Assembly: GCA_016198685.1 (NCBI GenBank)
Contig: JACQID010000006.1
Location: forward strand, 211,111 to 275,110
Source of the DNA: Candidatus Aenigmatarchaeota archaeon
GTDB taxonomy: Archaea; Aenigmatarchaeota; Aenigmatarchaeia; GW2011-AR5
Length of the DNA stretch: 64,000 bases
Reading direction: 5' to 3'
Of the stretch, positions 1 through 9,810 are shown one piece after another (the stretch's first letter is position 1; each line of letters starts with the position of its first letter). A program made the position numbers and the translations under genes. Under the pieces are notes generated by a model. The model was given only the letters and a program-made list of their open reading frames with translations. It made no database searches and was not told the DNA's origin.

Positions 1-1113
1 CCTTTGACGCAAGATTCATCAAAAGTCATGCTGCCGGTTGGCAATAAGCCGTTTATTCAATGGTCCTTGGAAGCTGCAGGAAAGATAGGGCCTATAAGCA
101 TTGTTTGCAGAGCCGACCAGAAAGATGTGCAATTTCTAGCCCGGAGCATCGGCGCGGAAATCATAATCCAGGAAAAGCCGCTTGGCACTTTGGATGCATT
201 GAAATCCTGTAAGCCGCACGTTGCAGGCGATTTCTTGCTCGTCAATGGTGACTGCATGTTTTCAGAGAAAGACATGATAAAAATTGCGTCATGCAACGCC
301 AATGCCATGGGAATCCTGCGCGTACAATCAGTGAAGAATTTCGGTGCCGTGGAATCTTCAGGCGGGATCCTGCAACGCATACGCGAAAAGCCTTCCGAAG
401 GCGGGGAAGGATTTGCAAATGCGGCCATATACCGTTTCACCAAAGATATATTTGATTATATAGGTGCGCCTATCTCCAAGAGGGGCGAGTACGAACTTAC
501 CGATGCTATAAATACCATGGCAAAACGCTTCAATATACAGACCATCGAAGTTCCGAGCTGGATTACGCTGACATACCCTTGGGATATTCTTGACGTGAAT
601 CAGAAGGTTCTTGACAGTTTCGGTAGCGTGATAGCCAAAGGCGCGGAAATAAGGAGCGGGTGCGTCATAGAAGAGCCGGTGGCAATAGACGAAGGGGCAG
701 TAATAGGCCCGAACTCTTACATAAGAAAATATTCGTCAATAGGGAAAGGCTGCCATATAGGAAATGCAGTCGAAATCAAAAGTTCTGTAATAATGGAAGG
801 AAGCAAAATACCGCATCTTTCGTATGTGGGCGACTCCATTGTCGGGAAAAGATGCAATCTTGGAGCAGGCTTCATCAGTGCAAACCTGCGGCTCAATGAG
901 CAGAACGTAGGCTCGCTCGTTAAGGGAGTTGCTGTTGATAGCGGCAGGAAAAAGCTGGGCGCGATAATAGGTGATGATGTTAAGACAGGCGTGCGCGTAT
1001 CGGTCATGCCGGGCAAGAAGATATGGCCGGGCATTGCAGTGCCCGCAGGAGCTATAATAAAAAATGATGTTGAAAAGCAGCCGAATATATCGAAAATGGG
1101 GAAAGTGATATAG
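1..1113 (+). CDS. glmU: Bifunctional sugar-1-phosphate nucleotidyltransferase/acetyltransferase (archaeal GlmU-like), 5'-truncated by window edge
   Basis: Frame opens at base 1 (PLTQDSSKVMLPVGNKP, the tail of the usual PLTxxxPKxMLP motif), with ISKRGEYELTDA and C-terminal hexapeptide repeats; directly upstream of glmS. Confidence 0.85.
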   Translation, partial: PLTQDSSKVMLPVGNKPFIQWSLEAAGKIGPISIVCRADQKDVQFLARSIGAEIIIQEKPLGTLDALKSCKPHVAGDFLLVNGDCMFSEKDMIKIASCNANAMGILRVQSVKNFGAVESSGGILQRIREKPSEGGEGFANAAIYRFTKDIFDYIGAPISKRGEYELTDAINTMAKRFNIQTIEVPSWITLTYPWDILDVNQKVLDSFGSVIAKGAEIRSGCVIEEPVAIDEGAVIGPNSYIRKYSSIGKGCHIGNAVEIKSSVIMEGSKIPHLSYVGDSIVGKRCNLGAGFISANLRLNEQNVGSLVKGVAVDSGRKKLGAIIGDDVKTGVRVSVMPGKKIWPGIAVPAGAIIKNDVEKQPNISKMGKVI

Positions 1114-2835
1114 ATGTGCGGAATCGTGGGATTTGCGTTCAGAGATTCCTTTGAGATTAAGGATAGCGTGAAAGCGCTCAAGAGGCTTGAGTACAGGGGC
1201 TATGATTCTTTTGGGTATGCCGACAATAATGGCGTTGTCGGAAAACATGTGGGCGAAATAGCCATCGATAAAGTCCCTGCATTAAATACGAAAATTGCAA
1301 TAACGCACACGCGATGGAGCACACACGGGGGCGTGACAGAAATGAATGCGCATCCCCATACAGATTGCTCAGGAAAAATAGCCATAGTGCACAACGGGAT
1401 CATAAGCAATTATAGGGAAATAAGGGAAGAAATGGAAAAGGCAGGCCATGCATTCAAGTCGCAGACAGATAGCGAGGCTATAGCTCATTTTTTTGAAAAC
1501 AAAAACATCAAAGATGCTGCTCCGGAATTTTTCTCCAAATTCCAGGGGGAATTTGCAGTGCTTCTTGTAAAAAAGGCGGAAGAAAAAATATATGCGTTTA
1601 AACGGGGCTCTCCGCTTGTGCTTGGGATTGCGCCAGAGGGCAATATACTTGCGAGTGACATCTATGCGTTTTCGGACAGGACAAACAGAGCCGTATTCTT
1701 CAATGAAGACGAATTTGCAGAAATAACTTCAGAAGGATTCACGTTCTATTCCATAACAGATACTACAATTCCTATCGAGAAGGAAATCACGGTATTTTCA
1801 TGGAAAGAAGGCGAGGAACTCGGGGAATATCCTCACTATATGATAAAAGAAATAAAGGAAATACCGCGCGCAGCGAGCCGGCTTCTTCTTTCTCTTGGCG
1901 GAGAGCAGAAACCTGCAGTTGAAAAAGTGGTTAGAATGCTAAAGGATGCCAAGCGGGTAATATTCGTGGCATCAGGAAGTTCATATCATGCTGCACTGAT
2001 AGGCGTACAATTCCTGGCACGTGCCGGCATGGAAGCGCGTGCAGTAGTAGCTTCTGAATTCAGGAGCTTCATGCTTCTTGATGAAAATACGGTTGCCGTG
2101 GCAGTGTCGCAATCCGGAGAAACCATGGATGTCATAGAAGCGATGCGCGGCATAAAGGCAAAGGGCGTTAAGATAGCTTCTCTTGTCAATGTCCCTTACT
2201 CGACTGTACAGAGGATGTCCAATGCCCACCTGAACATAGGTGCAGGGCAGGAAGTCTGCGTTGCAGCCACGAAGACATTCATCAATCAGGTGATAACTAT
2301 GGCATACATGGCATCAATGCTCGGATACAGGGCGGATTTTGCTTCCCTGAATGACTGCATAACAAAAGCGCTGTTGCAGGAAGAACGAATAAAGGAGATA
2401 GCCGCAGAACTGAAAGATGAGAGAGACATTTACATTCTGGGAAGAGGAGTCTGTTATCCTGTCGCAAGGGAGATAGCGCTCAAGCTCAAGGAGATCGCCT
2501 ATGTGCATGCCGAAGGCATGATGGCAGGCGAGCTGAAGCACGGCACGCTAGCGCTCATAGAAAAGGGGACGCCAGTCATATGTCTGATGCCAAAAAATGA
2601 CAAAGATATAGTCTCAAGCGCCGAGGAAGTAAAGGCGCGTGGCGCTAAAGTCATATCTTTTACAAGCAACGGCTACGATAGTGAAGAAGGCGTGAAAATA
2701 AATGCCACAGATGCAGCGACTTTCGCTATTGCATCTGCCATAGTCGGACAAATTCTTACATATTATATCGCCATGGGGAAAGGGCTGCCGATTGACAAGC
2801 CCAGAAATCTTGCAAAAAGCGTTACCGTAAAATAG
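1114..2835 (+). CDS. glmS: Glutamine-fructose-6-phosphate aminotransferase
   Basis: N-terminal MCGIVG, HTRWSTHG, HNGII, SQSGET; C-terminal RNLAKSVTV. Confidence 0.97.
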   Translation: MCGIVGFAFRDSFEIKDSVKALKRLEYRGYDSFGYADNNGVVGKHVGEIAIDKVPALNTKIAITHTRWSTHGGVTEMNAHPHTDCSGKIAIVHNGIISNYREIREEMEKAGHAFKSQTDSEAIAHFFENKNIKDAAPEFFSKFQGEFAVLLVKKAEEKIYAFKRGSPLVLGIAPEGNILASDIYAFSDRTNRAVFFNEDEFAEITSEGFTFYSITDTTIPIEKEITVFSWKEGEELGEYPHYMIKEIKEIPRAASRLLLSLGGEQKPAVEKVVRMLKDAKRVIFVASGSSYHAALIGVQFLARAGMEARAVVASEFRSFMLLDENTVAVAVSQSGETMDVIEAMRGIKAKGVKIASLVNVPYSTVQRMSNAHLNIGAGQEVCVAATKTFINQVITMAYMASMLGYRADFASLNDCITKALLQEERIKEIAAELKDERDIYILGRGVCYPVAREIALKLKEIAYVHAEGMMAGELKHGTLALIEKGTPVICLMPKNDKDIVSSAEEVKARGAKVISFTSNGYDSEEGVKINATDAATFAIASAIVGQILTYYIAMGKGLPIDKPRNLAKSVTVK

Positions 2836-2877
2836 CATATACAGCTTGTTTTATAAAAACTCATAACTTATTATGTT

Positions 2878-3582
2878 ATGGAGAGACACCATCATCTTAT
2901 TCTTTGGGATATCGGAGGAGTGCTCCTCAGGCTCAATTACGGCGAATTCTACGATGAAGGTGCCAGGCTTTCAGGAACGCTCACCCCTGAGCAGTTCAAA
3001 GACGCGTATATAGAGTCAAGAATCGACTATCGCGCAATGAAAGGCGTGCTTGACAAGGCCATGTTTATTTCCGAGCTCCGAAGGATTCTGAAAAGGCCTA
3101 TTGCAGAGCAGGATGTAAAGAATTTTCTAAAGCTCTCGCTTGGCAGGCCATATCCTCCTACCTTAGAACTTAAGGAACGTGCCCATCGTTCAGGATATCC
3201 CGTAGGCGTGTTATCGAATGCATCGCAAATAGTTCATGAGATACTTAAGGAGGATTTTCCGGAAACGATTGAAACATTTTCTCGGGAGAATCCCGCGGTG
3301 TTTTCTTACCAAGTTGGATCTGTAAAGCCCGAGGACGAAATTTACAAGGCGGTTCCCAAATTCGATGAAGTTACGTTCATAGACGACAAAGTGTCTTATG
3401 TGAAGAAAGCCATAGATGATTTCGGATGGAACGGGATATTGTTCACTCCTATCATAGACAAGCATGAAGCAATCAGGGCCGAACACAATGACGTAAGAAA
3501 ACCCCTGAAGAATTTTGCAGAAGCCGGCTCTACGGAGCAGCTTGTCGAGGCATTAAACCGGTTCGGCATCTCCCTGCTTTGA
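2878..3582 (+). CDS. HAD-superfamily hydrolase
   Basis: WDIGGVLL motif I, LSN motif II, KP...FIDD motifs III/IV. Confidence 0.8.
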   Translation: MERHHHLILWDIGGVLLRLNYGEFYDEGARLSGTLTPEQFKDAYIESRIDYRAMKGVLDKAMFISELRRILKRPIAEQDVKNFLKLSLGRPYPPTLELKERAHRSGYPVGVLSNASQIVHEILKEDFPETIETFSRENPAVFSYQVGSVKPEDEIYKAVPKFDEVTFIDDKVSYVKKAIDDFGWNGILFTPIIDKHEAIRAEHNDVRKPLKNFAEAGSTEQLVEALNRFGISLL

Positions 3583-5229
3583 CTTTTCTATCGACTGCAT
3601 CTCGAAAAGTTTCTTCACGCGCTTTATGTTGTCGGCATCTGCCGGTCCCTTGTCATAGCGTATGCGTTTGAGGCGCGGGAAACGCAATGCCATGCCGCTG
3701 CCATAAGTTGGCGATTTCTGTATTTCTTCATACGCGACTTCCACGACTATTTCAGGGCTGACTTCTGCAATTCGGTCCTGCTCCCGGATCACCGCTTTCT
3801 TCAGCATCTGCGTCAGTTTTTCCAATTCTTCTTCTGTAGTGCCTGATGCCATCTTGCCTATTTCAACTAATTTTTCTTTCTTCTCATCCCATACAGAAAG
3901 AAGGAATGAGCCGTACCATGCAGAACGCTTGCCCTCGCCAACTATGGCTTTTGTGATAATGCAGTCAAGGGTTTCCATAATTTCCTTGACCTTAAGCCAG
4001 TATCCGACTCTCTTTCCCGGCTGGTAAGGAGCTTCAATGTTCTTCACCATGACGCCCTCCTGCCCGGCAGACAGTGCCTTCTGGTAAAAAGCATTCGCTT
4101 CCTCGTAATCAGTAGTTTCCAGATGCTCGGCAAAGCCGAACCCGGCGAGAGGTTTCACTGTTTCCTTGAGCTTCATCCACCGTTCCTTTAATGGCGATCG
4201 CATGAGGTTCTCGCCATCGAGATAAATGATATCGAACATCCTTACATGAACAGGAATTTCTCTGACCATTTCGTCTATCGAATGCTTCCTTTGTATTCTT
4301 CGTGAAAGCATCTGAAACGGAAGCGGATTGCCTTCTTTGCTTATGGCAACGACCTCTCCCTCTGCTATAGACTGTTTTGCACGCATGGACTCACGTGCAC
4401 GTGCAACGATTTCAGGGAACTGGCGTGAAACTTCCTCAAGATTACGGGAAAATATTTTCACATCAGAATTTTTCTTGTGTATTTGAATGCGAAATCCGTC
4501 GTATTTGGTTTCAACTGCAGAACTTTCAAATTTCTCAAGGGCCGTCTTGAGATCTGCAGCCCTTTCGGCAAGCATCATGCGGACAGGAACGAAAACTTCC
4601 ATCTTTGCGGTCTTTCCCTCGGCTGCCATAGCTGCGACCCTGCCAAAATCGCCGGTGACGTCGAAAAGGTGCTCAACTTCTTTAGGATCGCGTGAGAATG
4701 CCTTGGCTATGGCATCTCTTACTGTTCCCGCAGCAACGCCTACGCGCATCTCCCCAAGCACAGTCCTTACTATGTATCTAGCCTCTTTCGGGGATGCAGC
4801 GGACAGAAGTTCGGAAATCAAAGCTATCTTCTTTTCACGCGATCCCTTGCCCTGCATGCCGGGAAGTTTCTTGATATTCTCGACTACTTTTCGGGCAGTA
4901 AGATTTCTATGGCCAAGAGTATTCTGTTTTCTGCTTTTCATGAGTTGTTCTGAAGTAAGGCCGAGATCGCCGGTTTCCCTGAAGACTGCATCAAGCTCCT
5001 TTTCGGATGCGCCTGTCACATTAATGATTATCTTTTTCATGAGTTCCGATGCGACACCAAGGTTTTCCTGGCCTGAAGGGAATACCTGGCCTAAAGAAAG
5101 CAACACTGTATCATATAGTTCATCTTTCGTCGTCTTGGAATAGAATTCGCTTAATATATCACGTTTCTGCAGTTTCTTCGTTGTGGACTCAAGCTTCCCG
5201 TAGGAATCTGCGAGATCTGAATAATCCAT
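3553..5229 (-). CDS. lig: ATP-dependent DNA ligase
   Basis: ETKYDGFRIQIH (KxDG), EGVMVK, WLKVK, LRFPRLKRIRYDK. Confidence 0.97.
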   Translation of the reverse strand: MDYSDLADSYGKLESTTKKLQKRDILSEFYSKTTKDELYDTVLLSLGQVFPSGQENLGVASELMKKIIINVTGASEKELDAVFRETGDLGLTSEQLMKSRKQNTLGHRNLTARKVVENIKKLPGMQGKGSREKKIALISELLSAASPKEARYIVRTVLGEMRVGVAAGTVRDAIAKAFSRDPKEVEHLFDVTGDFGRVAAMAAEGKTAKMEVFVPVRMMLAERAADLKTALEKFESSAVETKYDGFRIQIHKKNSDVKIFSRNLEEVSRQFPEIVARARESMRAKQSIAEGEVVAISKEGNPLPFQMLSRRIQRKHSIDEMVREIPVHVRMFDIIYLDGENLMRSPLKERWMKLKETVKPLAGFGFAEHLETTDYEEANAFYQKALSAGQEGVMVKNIEAPYQPGKRVGYWLKVKEIMETLDCIITKAIVGEGKRSAWYGSFLLSVWDEKKEKLVEIGKMASGTTEEELEKLTQMLKKAVIREQDRIAEVSPEIVVEVAYEEIQKSPTYGSGMALRFPRLKRIRYDKGPADADNIKRVKKLFEMQSIEKSKQGDAEPV

Positions 5230-5578
5230 GCTAAAATAAGGCGGCAGCGCCTTAAATGCTTCAACCTTGAGGAATATACTCTTGACATCCTCTGCGGCGG
5301 CTTATTCTTACTATGTGCGGATTGGACGACACGTGAGTCAGATATATGGATGTAATTTACATATTTTGCATCGCGTCTTTCAAGGCCGTCAGAATAAAAT
5401 TCTTTCTCTTCGTCTTGGGCTTCCATTATTTGAGCTTGAGGGAGTTATATTTTCAGGGGCTTAGCGTGCTGTTCGTTCCCAAAACATAGACTACTATCTA
5501 TAATTAAGGGCAATCATGCATAAAAACGGGCTCAAACAACCTTTATAAAAATTGCTGTCAATAGAGGAAGGTGCTAAT

Positions 5579-6208
5579 ATGGCCGTAAAGAAACAATGGT
5601 ATGATATAGTAACTCCTAAGGCATTCGGAGAAGTAGTGGTAGGGGAAACGCTTGCTGCCGACCCGAAATTTCTGCTTGGAAGGACGCTTAATGTAAGCTT
5701 TGCAGAGCTTTCCAATGACTTTGGAAAATATTACATAAAAGCCATCTTTCAGATAGAGGCTACAGAAGGACAGAAAGCGAAAACGAAATTCATAGGCCAC
5801 GAATGCATGAGAGAACGCCTGTATAGGATGGTGCAGCGCGGGTCCAAGAAAGTTGAAGCTATTCAGGATGTTGAAACTAAGGACGGCATGCCCATAAGAG
5901 TCAAAAGCATAATCATACTGAGAAGCAACGCAGGCACTTCTGTCAAGAATGCAGCAAGAAACGCGATGAAGGAAACTGTGATTGCAGTTGCGAAAGAAAC
6001 GGAAGCGGAAAAATTCATAGGCATGATGCTTGCCGGCGAATTACAGGCTAAATTAAGACAGGAATGTAAGAAAATCACGCCTGTGATTAACGTTGAAATA
6101 AGGAAAAGCGAAGTTCTCGGCCAGAGAAAGATAATAGAAGGCGAAGAGCACAAGGCTCTTCTTGTCGCCCAGGCCAAGGAGCAAGCTGAACAGGCCGAAG
6201 CTCAGTAA
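5579..6208 (+). CDS. rps3ae: 30S ribosomal protein S3Ae (eS1)
   Basis: KKQWYDIVTPKAFG, GRTLNVS, VETKDG; start placed at second Met. Confidence 0.93.
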   Translation: MAVKKQWYDIVTPKAFGEVVVGETLAADPKFLLGRTLNVSFAELSNDFGKYYIKAIFQIEATEGQKAKTKFIGHECMRERLYRMVQRGSKKVEAIQDVETKDGMPIRVKSIIILRSNAGTSVKNAARNAMKETVIAVAKETEAEKFIGMMLAGELQAKLRQECKKITPVINVEIRKSEVLGQRKIIEGEEHKALLVAQAKEQAEQAEAQ

Positions 6209-6594
6209 GGCGTATCGTAATTTTTAAAATATCTGCTGCAAAACTGCCTCAAGTTCTTGGCGAGCTTATGTTCGCCAAGCATATTTATGGGCAGCCATAT
6301 CATTTCGCCAAAGATCTCCGGCTCCATGATATCGGGTTCGCCCTCTATTATCTTTGCTAGGAAAATATGGCCTCTTAATTCCTTGTCCTGATAACTTACA
6401 TCATCATAGCCGCCGTATTGCAATATCTGTACGGTGCATCCGATTTCTTCCTTGGCTTCGCGTACGGCTGCCTGTTCAGCGGTTTCTCCCGGTTCAATCT
6501 TGCCGCCCGGAAGCTCATAGTGAGAATGCTTTTTCTTCCAAAGCAATAGAAGCTTGCCGTCTTTGATTATGGCGCAGCCTGCTATTTCTATCAT
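6202..6594 (-). CDS. Nudix hydrolase
   Basis: Nudix box GGKIEPGETAEQAAVREAKEEIG. Confidence 0.92.
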   Translation of the reverse strand: MIEIAGCAIIKDGKLLLLWKKKHSHYELPGGKIEPGETAEQAAVREAKEEIGCTVQILQYGGYDDVSYQDKELRGHIFLAKIIEGEPDIMEPEIFGEMIWLPINMLGEHKLAKNLRQFCSRYFKNYDTPY

Positions 6595-6624
6595 GCAAAA
6601 CAATGGCCGCGAGGGTTAAAAGAA

Positions 6625-6831
6625 TTATCGTTGTTCAACGTTGGCGGCTGAAGATATCCACAAGACACCTGCAGAGAGGAACATTACAAGCGCGAGGATT
6701 AGGGCTACGCCAAAGCTTACCGGGGTAGTTCCTTCAACCCATTCTATATTGCCGGCTATTAATGCGCCGATCATCATGGCAAAAGAACCAAGTATCCATA
6801 GGCCGTGTACATGGAAGTCAAACCCCGTCAT
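6625..6831 (-). CDS. Small two-TM membrane protein
   Basis: 68 aa, two hydrophobic stretches; 4-bp overlap with upstream gene. Confidence 0.7.
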   Translation of the reverse strand: MTGFDFHVHGLWILGSFAMMIGALIAGNIEWVEGTTPVSFGVALILALVMFLSAGVLWISSAANVEQR

Positions 6832-8015
6832 TTCTTGCCCCTCTTCTTGTCGGCAACTACAGTCGACATATCCTTCACGAATCTTCGGACGTATTCGCGC
6901 ATGAGTTCTATATCCCTTTGCGGAATCTCGCCTGTGCGGTCCTCGTCAAGCATCTTTCTCATGGACACGACGCGCTTGAGCACTTCATCATAGAATTGGT
7001 CCAGCCTGCCTGCATCTATAAGATGCGTCTTTATAGCGCCAGGCAGATCCTTCGGGTCGGGAGGAAGCTTGTCTATGTTTTTGAGGCCGGCGACAGCCGC
7101 CTTGATCATTACCTCATAATTGCGCTGCACGAGATCTTTCTTTCTGTTCTTCTGCAGATGCAGAAGCATCTGCTCCATGCGCGAAACGAAGTTCTTGGAT
7201 TTTTGTATGAAGTCGTCAAGCTGCACGCCTGTGATGTCCTTTATCTCCTTGTGTTCGACGCGCTTGCGGAAGTCTATGACGCTTTCCAGATCCCTCAGGT
7301 AATTTTCTTCCAACAGCTTCGCGTCAACTAAATGCTCCTTGACGCTATCGGTTGTATGCTTGGGCGATGGAGGATTGAGACCCATATACATAAGCACGGC
7401 TTGGGATGAATTGAGCATGGCATAATAAACGTCTTCTGCGACCATGTAGAGCTTTGCCGTTTCCACGCGCGTGATCTTCTGGGGAGCGGATTCCATGAAT
7501 TTTTCAACCGCCTCCAGTGTTGTGGGTATTTTCCCGTATTCCAGGAGCTTTCTTACAGGTATCCAGAAGCCTGTATCATACAGTGCCCAGCCGTCCCTGA
7601 CTATTGTATAAAGTAATGGATGCCCGATCCTTGCCATATCCCAGAATTCCGTTAACGTCCAAGCTGGTTGAACCACTATATCTTCGGAAAGTTTCTTGCC
7701 CATGGAATAAAGATCGTCATCAAATCTCGCCTTCATCTCAGGCGTGAATCTTGATAGAGTATCGTCTATTATAACAAGCATGTCTATATCGCTTTTCTTG
7801 TGAAAGTCCGTTCTTGTGAACGATCCAAAGAGCACTACTGCCTTCACGATATCCTTGTATTTTTTGAGGATTTCGTCCTTGTATTTATTTGCTATAGCAA
7901 GTTGTTTTTTCCTGAATTCTTCAAGCGGTTTGTTCTCTATAGATGCTGGCTGCTCTCCGTTTTGGACAGGCGTCTTGACCTTCTTCGTTTTCTTGACTGC
8001 TTTCTTGGTAGGCAT
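6828..8015 (-). CDS. Nucleotidyltransferase (MNT-like) fused to a HEPN domain plus a second degenerate HEPN-like domain
   Basis: LFGSFTR...SDIDMLVIID NTase motif; helical HEPN segment with RKRVEH (Rx4H); start placed at MPTKK (8015) because the longer ORF overlaps the upstream gene. Confidence 0.8.
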   Translation of the reverse strand: MPTKKAVKKTKKVKTPVQNGEQPASIENKPLEEFRKKQLAIANKYKDEILKKYKDIVKAVVLFGSFTRTDFHKKSDIDMLVIIDDTLSRFTPEMKARFDDDLYSMGKKLSEDIVVQPAWTLTEFWDMARIGHPLLYTIVRDGWALYDTGFWIPVRKLLEYGKIPTTLEAVEKFMESAPQKITRVETAKLYMVAEDVYYAMLNSSQAVLMYMGLNPPSPKHTTDSVKEHLVDAKLLEENYLRDLESVIDFRKRVEHKEIKDITGVQLDDFIQKSKNFVSRMEQMLLHLQKNRKKDLVQRNYEVMIKAAVAGLKNIDKLPPDPKDLPGAIKTHLIDAGRLDQFYDEVLKRVVSMRKMLDEDRTGEIPQRDIELMREYVRRFVKDMSTVVADKKRGKK

Positions 8016-8055
8016 ATTATTACTTGAGAAGGGGTTATAAGAATTTATCGCTTTT

Positions 8056-9786
8056 CTAGCGGTATCTGCCTCTTTCCCATTCTTTGGCTTTTCCGGCATC
8101 AACGGCAGCCTTGCCAAGGAATGTATGCTTCTCTTCAGGTATTTTGAGAAGGCCCTGTAATGGATCCCATGCATGCTCGCGCATGGCAACAAGCTGTTGT
8201 GCATAGATATCCTTGTTTTCGAGGGATAGGCCGTAGAATTCGGGCGGAAGCGCCTCAGGTCTTGTGTCTGTATCAAGATATTTTACTATCTGCCTAAGCA
8301 CGTAAACGCTGTATTCAAATATGTTGCTCATTTGCTGGTTGCCCGGTGATCTTCCGCTGCCACGTTCAAATATAATATAGCCGTCTTTGAAGCCTTTCTG
8401 CCTGAACCAGTATATCCATTTATATAGCGTGTCCGCGCCGCGGTCAGCGAGGGCTATAGGAATATGTGCCGTCCCGAAGTACGGTATAGGATCGCCCAAG
8501 TGGAGTAGGAAGACTTGCGATCCGAAATCGTTGGGTAAGGTAGGAAGTTCAATGTTAAGGTCTATGTTCTGGCCCATCTCCTGCTCGAAGTCTATGCACT
8601 GCATGACTGCCGAGGAGCCTATTTTTTTGAGAAGATGATAGGCATGCAATGGATGATAAAGCCGCGCTATGCCTTCTGTTCCCTGTCCGGATTGCGGGCA
8701 TTCAAGAAGAAGCTTGACATTGTTTTTTTCGCAGAATTCCACGACGCTCATGCCACCCATGTGTTCCCTGTTATAATCCACTCTGCCAGGGCTTTTTCTG
8801 GTGGTAAAATGAGAATACAAGTAAAATGCAGCTACTGCCGCGTTGAATTCTCTCTGTTTCTCTATATATGCGCGGTTGGCGTCTTCTGAATTATTGGAAT
8901 AAGGTTCGCCTACTATCTTCACCCATATGGGATCCTTATTCGCTATCATGTATACGGCAGTGGCAAGATAGGCATCTATTTCTCCGGCCTCTATCTGATA
9001 TTTTTCTATTTCGCCCTCTTTCCAGATGTCAAAGAGTCTTTCTTCTCTCATTCTTCTGAGAGTGGAATTTTCGATGTCGTCCCTTTGGGCGTTTAGAGAG
9101 TTTCTTACGTCATGCTCCAATTGCTCATCGCTGAGATCCTTGTACCTTTCGTCTTTTCGGAGCGCTTCTCTCGTGGCTTCTTCGGTCTTTTTTGCTTCTT
9201 CCTGGAAAATTTTGGCGACTTCAGTGCGGTATCTGGGCGTCTGTCTCAGCTCCTGCTCCACACGGCCCCCTACAAGATGCCTCTTAAGCCAGTCTTTGAG
9301 CACTTCAGCGCCTTTATCGCCTTGAGCAATCCGTTCATCGACCCATTCGCCAAATGGTTGTCCTGTAGGAGCTACAACCTGATATGTGTAACCGAAAGGT
9401 CTTAGCTCGCGCTCATGAAACGACATCCATGTCGTGTTTGAGAGATGGAAGTTGACGTAGATGAATTTCAGGTTAGACGCGCCCTTCATGGTTATGCAAA
9501 GCCTTTCGTGGCTCTGGTCCCATCTTATGCGCTCTGCACTTTCAAACATGGCAACCTCGCCGATCTCGCCATGAAGGCCAAGTTCCATGTTCAATTTTTC
9601 GCGGACGCGATCCACGTAATTCTTTATGTCAGGCTCCAGGAACTCAAGGACTGTATCAAGATCAACCTGGTTGAATTGTATGCCTAGCGTGGCGCCAAAA
9701 GAGCCTGCCTTGCTGCCTAGACCCAAAAGATTCGGATCTTTTCCGATATTCCACCAGCCTGAAGAAATGCCAACTTTGTATGCCAT
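8056..9786 (-). CDS. Xylose-isomerase/AP-endonuclease-2-like TIM-barrel protein with large charged insertion
   Basis: LHGE, NFHLS, LLLECP, CIDFEQ, LLHLGD, HIP, IIFERG match the strand/ligand pattern of this fold. Confidence 0.6.
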   Translation of the reverse strand: MAYKVGISSGWWNIGKDPNLLGLGSKAGSFGATLGIQFNQVDLDTVLEFLEPDIKNYVDRVREKLNMELGLHGEIGEVAMFESAERIRWDQSHERLCITMKGASNLKFIYVNFHLSNTTWMSFHERELRPFGYTYQVVAPTGQPFGEWVDERIAQGDKGAEVLKDWLKRHLVGGRVEQELRQTPRYRTEVAKIFQEEAKKTEEATREALRKDERYKDLSDEQLEHDVRNSLNAQRDDIENSTLRRMREERLFDIWKEGEIEKYQIEAGEIDAYLATAVYMIANKDPIWVKIVGEPYSNNSEDANRAYIEKQREFNAAVAAFYLYSHFTTRKSPGRVDYNREHMGGMSVVEFCEKNNVKLLLECPQSGQGTEGIARLYHPLHAYHLLKKIGSSAVMQCIDFEQEMGQNIDLNIELPTLPNDFGSQVFLLHLGDPIPYFGTAHIPIALADRGADTLYKWIYWFRQKGFKDGYIIFERGSGRSPGNQQMSNIFEYSVYVLRQIVKYLDTDTRPEALPPEFYGLSLENKDIYAQQLVAMREHAWDPLQGLLKIPEEKHTFLGKAAVDAGKAKEWERGRYR

Positions 9787-9810
9787 GTTTTTTACCTATA
9801 CGTCAAGCGC

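Noticed and set aside
5238-5255. Hairpin TAAGGCG-GCAG-CGCCTTA just upstream of the lig start
   Set aside because: A 7-bp stem is too short to distinguish from chance
5151-5426. 91-aa minus-strand ORF upstream of lig
   Set aside because: Overlaps the ligase start by 79 bp and has no recognisable motif; cannot be supported beyond chance
8016-8276. N-terminal extension of the 482-aa ORF
   Set aside because: Lies out of frame within the 3' end of the TIM-barrel gene; the real start is more plausibly 8015
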